From positions 3,782,001 to 3,846,000 of the forward strand of contig OZ361259.1 of assembly GCA_977018835.1 (NCBI GenBank): a stretch of DNA of 64,000 nucleotides, in the 5' to 3' direction. Below the pieces are notes generated by a model that saw nothing but the letters and a program-made list of their open reading frames with translations, had not been told where the DNA came from and did not search any database. Shown here in pieces: positions 35,901 through 45,000 of the stretch. The stretch is from Minutocellus sp. GHC0000111 (lineage: Eukaryota). A program made the position numbers and the translations under genes. Numbering within the stretch: the stretch's first letter is position 1; each line of letters opens with the position of its first letter.

Positions 35901-37115
35901 TCAGTTGCGTTCAGGAGGATCCTCACCATCGCTCGAATCGATACTCAGATCGTCGACGGCAGAGGCAAGAGAGGCGTCATCATCACTCTCCATGTGGTGC
36001 ATCTCGGCCTTGCGCTTCTTGCTGGCCTTGAGCTTCTTCACGAAGGCGGAGACAGCAGTATCAGCGGCCTGCTGCACCATCTCGTTCATTTCATTGTTGG
36101 AAGGACTGAACTTGACCTTCTTGGACTTGGAGGGACGAGTGTAGTCGTTGGAACGAGCTTCCCAAGCTGACTTCATCTTCTCGGCCTGTGCTAGTAGGAC
36201 CTTGCACTCGTCGGTAGAATGGCCTGGGCCATGAAGAGCGCACTTTTTCTGGTGCGTCTGTTTATTTTTCTTTTTGCCTGCGCTCGCGGCGCCGGATGTA
36301 GAGCGACTGGATACAGCCCCCTGTTTCTTGGAGTCGGCGTCGCCGGACTTCGCCTTCTGGCTCTTGTTGCTAGTGTTCTCGACTGCTTCGATCGCTTCCT
36401 TGCGCTCCAAAGTAGCGAGGAATTCATGCTCGGGCGTAATTACCGAATTCACGCCCTGCTCGATGAGATATTTATCCCACGACTTAGGCAATCCGCCTTC
36501 AAGACAAATAATGAGAATATTTCGGGGAAGAGGAGTTGGTTTGGTGGACTCGATCGTGCCATCTGGCTTCGTGATCTCGAGATTGGGGAAATCCCTCAGA
36601 TAATCATTGTAGAGACACATCGTGTCGAATGCCTGCTGAGAAGTCATCTCGAGCGGCTTACGAGCGAAACGGAGCAGATACTTCGTCTGAAGCGCAGCTG
36701 CGTTATGAGGGAACACGCGCTTGTCGAGAGCATTCAGCCCTGCGTCGATGTGCTCCTGCTTGAGGGTGCTGTTACCCTTGGCCGTGTTGACAGCGCCATG
36801 GTAATCAGTGAGGGCCTGTCCATACAGGGACTCAGACCAGAAGGGGTGGATGTGATCAGTCGTCTTCACGTCGGTGATCGCTTCGATGAGCCGCTTGCAA
36901 TCTGCTTTGTGCTCAATCCAGGCGAGGACTGCGCCCTCGTGGTTGTAGTAGTAGTTGAACTGGTGGACATACAAGGTCTTCGACCCGTCTTTGTACGACC
37001 GCTGTCGGTTTTTGTCAGTTGGTGGCTCAACACGGTTGACGCCGAGAGGAAGAGGAACGATCATTCCGTTGATGGAACGAAGACCGCCCTGAGAAACGTG
37101 GAAAGAAGTTTTCAT
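35901..37115 (-). CDS. gag: Gypsy gag
   Basis: Intact ~400-aa ORF following the 5' LTR, with a variant zinc knuckle CALHGPGHSTDEC. Confidence 0.85.
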   Translation of the reverse strand: MKTSFHVSQGGLRSINGMIVPLPLGVNRVEPPTDKNRQRSYKDGSKTLYVHQFNYYYNHEGAVLAWIEHKADCKRLIEAITDVKTTDHIHPFWSESLYGQALTDYHGAVNTAKGNSTLKQEHIDAGLNALDKRVFPHNAAALQTKYLLRFARKPLEMTSQQAFDTMCLYNDYLRDFPNLEITKPDGTIESTKPTPLPRNILIICLEGGLPKSWDKYLIEQGVNSVITPEHEFLATLERKEAIEAVENTSNKSQKAKSGDADSKKQGAVSSRSTSGAASAGKKKNKQTHQKKCALHGPGHSTDECKVLLAQAEKMKSAWEARSNDYTRPSKSKKVKFSPSNNEMNEMVQQAADTAVSAFVKKLKASKKRKAEMHHMESDDDASLASAVDDLSIDSSDGEDPPERN

Positions 37116-37171
37116 CGTGAAAGTAGGAAGTAGTATCGATGACAATCAATACAGTAGTCTTTTGATCAAAG

Positions 37172-37433
37172 TGCACTATGTACGAGGTACAGAGATACGA
37201 AAAGGTAGAATAAAGTAGTTGTATAAAGTTGTTGGAAATAGATTGTGACTAGAGTAGAGAGATTAAACTAGATTTGATAAGATTGATCTCCAACTTGATG
37301 CGATCGGCATCTACGTTGGGAGATACTAGCACGTTGCCAGATCTTGGCACGACACATGATGTGTGCTCGACGGGAACAGCGAGCGTATCCATATGACGTA
37401 ATATTATCGTCATTCAGACGATCACATGTTGCA
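37172..37433 (-). repeat. Gypsy 5' LTR
   Basis: Direct repeat of 32196-32457. Confidence 0.95.
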
Positions 37434-37437
37434 GTTT

Positions 37438-37670
37438 TAACAACATAAATCCCGTGGCTCAGAAGCAAAGGTCTTCCAAACCATTTTGACAGATCTGGGA
37501 AGTGTTCCTTGCATCTTTGATCCAACCTTACAAAAACTCGCCTTCTGACCTTGGCTTGCAGGCAGGCTCCTACAAAGTCTCTCCTTGTTTCACTCTTCTT
37601 CTCTTGAAGGAACAGGCCAGGGCTGCTAGGAACATTTTCACTAGGGGTCTTGGGCCCTTTCACGGATGTC
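37438..37670 (-). pseudogene. Decayed Ty1/Copia reverse transcriptase fragment, interrupted by the Gypsy element
   Basis: Minus strand reads VKMFLAALA…RRVKQG/DFVGACLQAKVRRRVFVRL…FGRPLLL..GIY and continues as …ASKTW at about 32170-32191 on the other side of the Gypsy. Confidence 0.75.
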
Positions 37671-37773
37671 TAAATGATGTCAGATGTTTCTTGATGACAT
37701 GTCAGCGAAACTCTCTCTCCATCACGTCGTCACAGAAATATCACTTGCTGCACATCATCGTTTAGCACTGTTT

Positions 37774-38018
37774 GTTTGCTGAGATCAATCAACACTTGAG
37801 AATTACTGGAGTCAATTGCCACAGCTTTTTTGTGGAGTTGTTAAACACAGGTCTTCTGCTGCTGAAGTCATTAACGGATGATTCTGGAGTGATGATGAAC
37901 AACGTGCAAGCAAGGTTAGTTGTTGTGTGATTTACAGTCGGCCACATGTCTGTTGCCACTAACTAGGGCTAACTAGGCCTAAAAAGCGCACCTGCGTAGC
38001 TAAGATTGATTGCCACAA
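37774..38018. repeat. Non-coding repeat A, diverged second copy at about 39426-39659
   Basis: Shared GTTTGCTGAGATC…CACTTGAGAATT…TGTTGCCACTAACTAGGGCTAACTAGGCCT…GCTAAGATTGATTGCCACAA. Confidence 0.85.
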
Positions 38019-38206
38019 GTTTACCAGCAGCAAAGTTGTTCACTCAGCTCGCTCTGCTGGCAACGGAGCAGGCAGAAAGACACAGATCTGTGGTGCACCA
38101 AGCGTCAGACTCTAAGCAAGCCAGTGTCTTTCCCAGCTTCGGCGTGCTTTTCACTGCTTTTCTTTTTCATGCTGAGGTCGATTAGCAGGGGGGGAAACAT
38201 GTAATC

Positions 38207-38720
38207 ATTTAGTCAAAGACACCCGGTGCCAATGTTTAACGAAATTGATAGTGATCACCCGAGAGGTCGTTTACCAGCAGGTCGATTAAACGAATTGAAA
38301 GACACCCGGTCGGTGTCATTGTTAAACAAATCGATTAACACAGGTAGTTCGTTTACCAAGATCGATTAACCCAGGTCGTTTACCACACAACTTGCAGGCT
38401 CGCAGGTCGTCTTGCCGAGATCATTTACCGAGATCGTTACCGAGATCGTTACCGAGATCATTTACCGAGATCGTTACCGAGATCATTTACCGCACGTTGT
38501 TTCCACAAGACGACGGATGAATCAAGGGAATTTTCCGCGAGTCGGGCAGGTCGTTGCCGAGATGGTTTACTGAGATCCTTCACCGCACGTTGTTTGCTGA
38601 GACCTTGTCTCTTGCGACATTTGCTGGAGGTCTTTTACTGAGATCATTTTCAGGTACGGATCCCTGCGGATCATTTACATGTGGTTGATTGTTGTGGTGT
38701 GGTGTGTGATGTTAATTTGG
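38207..38720. repeat. Non-coding repeat B with internal 12-13-bp ACCGAGATC(G/AT)TT units; second copy at about 39827-40279
   Basis: Both copies start ATTTAGTCAAAGACACCCGGT and end GTGTGATGTTAATTTGG. A third start occurs at about 40295. Confidence 0.85.
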
Positions 38721-38822
38721 CCAAGTCTCTTGCCGTAAAATTGCAATGTAGATGGCTGCCCGGCACCAGCGGCAGATGGTTCTCCGCACGACCACACTCA
38801 ACAGTGCATTAGCAATTAAAGC

Positions 38823-39425
38823 TGTCAAAGGACAGGATCAAAGAAGAAAGAAAAGACAGACATGAAGAACAGCAGTTGTTCTCGAACGAAGAAGACGTGG
38901 CAACAATTGCAACGCATGGGGACCCGGAACGAAGTCCGGCGAGGAAACATCTGGTAGAAGCACAAACGCTTGTGCCCAACACCCGAGGATGGGGCCGCAG
39001 CAGGCGACCGAATGTCACTCCCCTCGACAATGTGGCTGCCATCATGGGTGCCATCAGCACTCTTAGAATCCGAACGCCAGAAAATCAAAGGCTTGAGAAG
39101 AGCGAACCATTCCTTGGATGAACGATTCTTGGTGAGGACACCAGCGGGATTGTCCTTGCCTTCAATGTGAGCAAAGTTGATGACACCAGAGGCCTGGGCT
39201 TCTCGGCACATGTGGCAGTTGAGAAGGTGAGAGCGCTTCTGAAGCTTGCCACCTTGGCATCACCGTCGAATTAACGACAGAGAGATTGTCTCCGAACAAC
39301 CAGGAAGCATCGCTGCCATTCACAACTCCCAATGGCCAATGGAACGCCGAGGAAACATCTGGTAGAAGCGCAAACGCTTGTGCCCAACACCCGAGGATGG
39401 GGCCGCAGCAGGCGACCGAATGTCA
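38823..39425 (-). mobile_element. Internally deleted Ty1/Copia remnant: partial 5' LTR, RNase H end, PPT and 3' LTR (38823-39017)
   Basis: Reads LGVP…DASWLFGDNLSVVNST…KRSHLLNCH.CREAQASG…GKDNPAGVLTK. PPT GAGGGGAG is followed by TGACA…TGACA. The ~78-bp LTR start is repeated at 39348-39425. Confidence 0.8.
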
Positions 39426-41002
39426 GTTTGCTGAGATCGATCAACACTTGAGAATTGCTGGAGTCAGTCAACCACCACAGCTTTTTACTGGAGTCGTTAA
39501 ATGCAGGTCATCTAGACCTGCTAAAGTCATTAAGGAGTTCTGGAGTGACAAACAATGCATGAGGTCAACTGTTGTGTGATTTGTGGTCGGCCATGTCTGT
39601 TGCCACTAACTAGGGCTAACTAGGCCTGCAGTGTAGCTTGCTAAGATTGATTGCCACAAATCGTTTACCACTGAACATTTGCTGAGAGATCGACAACACA
39701 AGTCGTTTACTAAGGTCGTTTGATGACCAACTACGTAGCAGAGATCATTTTATGTAGTCGATTCGATCTGATGATGAGCACTCGCCTAGTTTTTTGGGCT
39801 TAGGTCAAGAAGGGTAAAAATCAATTATTTAGTCAAAGACACCCGGTGGAGGTCGTTCACCAAGTCGATCGCAAGATCGATTACCAGATCGATTAAACGA
39901 ATTGAAAGACACCCGGTGCTTTTGTTAAACAAATCGATTAACACAGGTCGTTTACCAAGATCGATTAACACAGGTCGTTTACCACAACTTGCAGGCTCGC
40001 AGGTCGTCTTACCGAGATCATTTACCGAGATCGTTACCGAGATCATTTACCGCACGTTGTTTCCACAAGATGGATGAATCAAGGGAATTTTCCGCGAGTC
40101 GGGCAGGTCGTTACCGAGATGGTTTACTGAGATCCTTTACAGGACGTTGTTTGCTGAGATCTTATCTCTTGCGAATTGCTGGAGGTCTTTTACTGAGATC
40201 ATTTACAGGTGCGGATTCTGGAGTAGTAAAATTATTTACATGGTTGATTGTTGTGGTGTGGTGTGTGATGTTAATTTGGATAGCTAAGTGCATGTCAAAG
40301 ACACCCGGGGATATGTTTAGCTCAACGACACAAAGCCCCTCACACCACAACTCACACACACTGTGTAATATCAGGCTGTTGGCAGTGCTGCTGATAATAT
40401 GCACTACTACCAACTACCACATTCGTACATGTGTATGTATGTTGTAGCATGAGGGGCTTTGTGTATTGTTAATAAAAAGTGGGTTGTGTAATTAATCAAT
40501 CAATCAATGTGTGCGGCCGGCTAAGCAAGCTGTTGCTGCTTTGGCAGACTGGGGGGTGGGTGAGTCATGATGGACGCTGCATGCTTGCACACACAACTCC
40601 ACATCACAAATCGCCGGAACAAGAGGCTGAACCTCAGCAGATCGTAGCACAAAGGCTACTCTCATGCTTACAGTACCCCGTTCCATGTGTTGTCAATGAC
40701 GAGTGGTGCTCCCGCGTCGGGGTGGTTTTGGTGAGGAAATGTGCGCGGCACCAGGGGGGACCATCTGGTGCTTGTCGTGCGTACCTACCTAGGCAGGTAC
40801 CTAGGTATAGGTACATGTATTCTGCGAGTTGTTATCGCTCTTGGGTTGGGTTCTTGCGTTTATCATGTTGTTGGTGCAGATGTCCCGGGCGGCCTCTAAT
40901 GTGATGATCGCAGTGATTTATCTTTGTTGTTAGTTAGTTTATACGGAGCGTTGCCCCGGCACTTCGTGCTATTAGCTTTGGTGTGTTTGTGTGCCATCCT
41001 TT

Positions 41003-41893
41003 ATGCATAGGTCGAGCATCTCCAGTCAGGGCTCATCCTCTTCAACGGGGGCGAGCATTGAGCTTTCTCGGTTCGTTAACGGGCCATCATTTATTGGGCG
41101 TGAGCTGGCTCGGCGCATCGTGTTGATGTCCACTATACTTGGTCCTGGTAGTGACGGCGCTGCTGAGAATGACGCTTGGTCTGGCGTGGTTATGTCCCTT
41201 CTCGGTCATTCTTGTACAGTCCGATTTTTTCGTTGGGTGGAGAGCACTTATGTTCCTCAGTATTTATCATCAGCGTATTCCGGTCTCAGGAGCAGTCAAT
41301 TGGAAGCCGATGGCACGATGAGGAGTATGATGTCCATGTCTTCTTTGTCGGCTGCTTGTAGGGATTTATTCTACATTCGCCAGCTTCTTTGTGAAATATT
41401 TGTTCTTTTCTTTCGCGTCTCCGAGCGTGGCAGGGTCGTCGAGCGGTATGCTGATGACATCCAGTGGGGCATGGTGTCAGCTCTTGTGTCCTCGTCGAGA
41501 TATCATCGGTACTTGTTTGATCACCGCCTCATGGAGTACGTTGGTTGTCTTCACTTTCGTAGTGATCCATTCGGATCTCGAGTTTTACTGCGAGGAAGCA
41601 CATTCTTGCATTTTATCTGTCGCCAGAATCATGAGTATCTTCCTCGTGTAATATCAGAATATCACCGTTTTAATGTTCAATTTGGTGGTGATATTCACGC
41701 TCGGCAGAGGCATCACAAGTATGGTTCTCCTGCTCATCATTTTCGTAGATTCCATGATATTCACACTCATGGGAATCACAGCGACATGTTTGCATCTGGA
41801 TCATCGACCTTCGAACTGTTGCGGGAATTATTCAGGGGCGGTGAGGGTTTTAATAGGTCTATATATGACGGGGATGATTATGGTCAGGTTTAG
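41003..41893 (+). CDS. Hypothetical protein with a possible degenerate ankyrin-like repeat
   Basis: ~296-aa intronless ORF. GSTFLHFICRQN…GGDIHAR…GSPAH weakly resembles the ANK consensus. Confidence 0.45.
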   Translation: MHRSSISSQGSSSSTGASIELSRFVNGPSFIGRELARRIVLMSTILGPGSDGAAENDAWSGVVMSLLGHSCTVRFFRWVESTYVPQYLSSAYSGLRSSQLEADGTMRSMMSMSSLSAACRDLFYIRQLLCEIFVLFFRVSERGRVVERYADDIQWGMVSALVSSSRYHRYLFDHRLMEYVGCLHFRSDPFGSRVLLRGSTFLHFICRQNHEYLPRVISEYHRFNVQFGGDIHARQRHHKYGSPAHHFRRFHDIHTHGNHSDMFASGSSTFELLRELFRGGEGFNRSIYDGDDYGQV

Positions 41894-42021
41894 CATGCTG
41901 CATAAGTGAGTGTGGTCTTCATCTCTCCGTTTTATGTGCACGTGCTATGTTCATCTTAGGGTGGTATTTTATTGGGCACGTGCTCATATATAATATATAT
42001 AATTATTTCTCTAATATGTAA

Positions 42022-45000
42022 TCATATACCTGAAGGACTATCTTCATCACCATTGGATTTTGCCTCTTCATTGTTCAGATCATTTCCAAGATTTCGATTT
42101 TGTACAGGGGAAGCATGATCTCCATTTTGATCTTGGACAGCAATATCACTAGTCCCAGCTGAAGTTGGTGTTTGGGACGAGTCCTGCGTTTCATACATTC
42201 CTAGCTCCGAGAAGGAGTGGGGAGTCACCATTTTGACTCTGGGCGACTTGATCCTTTTTGCTGTGGCGTTGAGGTCCTTTGCCAACGCTCTTCTCCATTT
42301 GTTTAGGTGGGTGAGGATTGTCACCACGTCGTTGGGATTTTCTTGGACTAACTTTTTCAGGTCGCTCTTACTAAGTTTCCTGAACGGATCATGTCTCAGT
42401 TCCTCGGCAGCAGCGGTCATCACCCCGACGGTCACGTCTTTGATCGTATCCTTTTCTTCCATTTTCCTACGGTTGCTGTGGGGATTTGCATCACCATCAC
42501 GGAGTGCTTTGGCGTACCTTATAACTTGTTGCATTTTGGGACTATGGCTAGTATCACGGGCCGGTGGCGACTCTTGAGCGGCATCACCTGCGACTACTTC
42601 CTCATTTTGTCGCGGTGATGACTTCATTCTTTTTGCTCGTCTTGACTGGTCTTGGCCCCCGACTTGTTCCTCGGAATTATCTTGATTCTCATTCGCGTCG
42701 TCAGCATTTTGCCTTGCACTGTTATCTGCATTGGTTGGTTTTGTTGTTAATTTTGACGTTGGTGTAGGCGATCGTCGTCGTTTGGCTGCTGTCGATTGGA
42801 AAATAGAAATATTAAATTTGAGTAAGGGATACCAGGAAAGAGCAATTATCGAAGAATACCACGGGGTATTCAAAAGGAAGAGGCGAGCTTCAATTATTCA
42901 TATCGTACCTTTTGACCCTGGATCTTTGGCTTTCCATAATCGTTGAGCAAGATTGGGATCATTCTTGTCCTCCTCAGCGGGCTCGTCAATTAGCAGTCTC
43001 ACCATGGCTGCGAATCGGAATTCTTTCCTGAGGTACAATATCTCGTCACTTGTTGACTTGAATCCAACAATGCAAGTTTTATCGTCGAGGTCGGTGTCCG
43101 TTGGAATCTGATCTCGTCTCATCGTTGACGACGAGAAGAGGAACCAATCGTCTTCGTTCTTGAGATCCTTGATTCTCTTCTTCATTGCGTCGCTCTGCAG
43201 ATATCCTGCGTCTAGTGCTTCCCTCAGCACGGAGACGTATGTAGCCATTGCTAATGATAGCACGTCCGTTGGGGGAGAATTCGATCTGGACGTCCACTCT
43301 GTCCTGTTCTTGTAGGCTGTGGCAAGGATCGTATCTGTCATGTGATCTCTTTTCTCGGCCGATGCTTCGTTGTGACGATCATTCTGATAAGCTCGATATC
43401 CCTGCACTAGCATCGATTTCTCTGCCGACCAGTTTGAGACCTCAACCGTCGTGAATCCTTTGGTCGCCAGGGCAACTTCGGTGAATTCCTTGGATATTTC
43501 TGACAGAGCATTGTAGGAGATGTGATTCCTGATGGCCTCCAATTTATATGTCGGCAGATTATCGAGGGTGCTGTCGATCACTCCCTTGAGCTTCTTTGTT
43601 CCTCTTGCGCCTTTGCTCTGTTTCCCGGCGATAGTTGATGCCACGTTCCGCAGAAACGCCCATATAAGTTCAAGCTTGTTGTACGAAGCCATCTTTGGAT
43701 CCTGAGAAAGTGCCATTTGGAAGGTGATGAGGGCGGAGGGGTTGAGGGCCATCATCGATGCAAGATCAAGTGTTCCTCTGATTTCTTTGGTCAGCGTGAA
43801 GGTGCTCTTTTGCTTCGGGGCCTCGAATTTGTGAACTCCATACGATATTCTGTGACAAATTGCGTTATGGAATTTGGCGTCGTCATCACAGTCGGGATCC
43901 TTTTGATATCCTCGAGCCAGAAGCTTGATCTGCGCTACCACCATTTCGAGTTTCTTTTCTGGCGTTACTTCATCGCCATTTGTCTTTACCTTCGAGATTT
44001 CTTCTCTTCCCCAGAGCGAGGTCGCAGTTAGATTCTTTGCGAGGGCGAAAGCCGCTGCCCCCCTAACGGACATGAGTGTTCCTTCGAGAGTACCACCACT
44101 CTCCATGAGACATGATTCTACGGTGTGATGCTTAATTTCCTTGGCCTGGCTGGCAGCATTGAGATTTTTGAGCATGTTGCTGAGTTGCGAGAAATTGGTT
44201 TGTCCCGATGATTGCTGAGCAGCACGAGCATTAAGGTCACTGACTGCTCTGAAGTGGTCTACATCTCGTGTGAAATGAAGAACCGTGACATTGACCTTGT
44301 CGAGGATCTGTGAATCAGCGTGCAACACGTTGGATCCTTGATTATGGTAGCATTCCATTTGCTTCCGCAGCGTCGGGTTGGTCACGTCAAAGGAGCGATT
44401 GCTATCATCACCATATGGCAAACCGAATGTTTTCATCCACGATGCGAGACCACGGTGCTGGCCATCAATGTTGCAACCAATTAAATTGTAACTCATTGAC
44501 GTTGGAAAGGTTGATCCGAGACGACGGCGAGACAAGTAAATCACCATGTCATACCGCGCCCGCAAGACATAGTGAGTTCTTTTCATCCCTGTATATCGGT
44601 CCAAGTCTCGAAGAAGAGGTTCCCTATGCGCAAAGAGAGGAAATATTCGTGAGTGTTCAAATTCTGTTTGAATACCTCTTGGAATTTAACCAGAAAATAA
44701 AAATCAGCACTTACCCTTCGATCTCACTATTCTTGTCCTTCTCTATGAATGATTCGATGCTCGCAATGTCTTTTGCCAAGCCTTCGGCAATTTTTGAGCA
44801 CTCGTCATGATAATCCTGGTTCCAATTCTCCTCTATTCTTCCCTTTTCAATAGTTTCCTGGATGTATTTTTCGGCTTCTTCATAGCTTCCTGCTGACAGC
44901 ATGACATAATACAGTACCTTGGGTCCTGAACACTCGACCACGTGCCGCTTTACTGTTGACTCGCCACTCGCGACGCCGTATTCTGCATCGAACACAAGAT

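Larger units (their letters stand above)
32196..37433 (-). mobile_element. Full-length Ty3/Gypsy LTR retrotransposon with 4-bp TSD GTTT
   Basis: Two 262-bp TGCA…TGCA LTRs with one mismatch. GTTT at 32192-32195 and 37434-37437. Domain order gag-PR-RT-RH-INT. Confidence 0.97.

Noticed and set aside
37848..37850. AAACACAGG versus AAATGCAGG in the two A copies as proof of a TA ancestor
   Set aside because: Equally explained by decay of an ancestral CpG, so it is not diagnostic and was not used as evidence.
38414..38492. Short repeated units as a possible CRISPR array
   Set aside because: The units are directly tandem with no unique spacers, there are no cas genes, and the context is eukaryotic.
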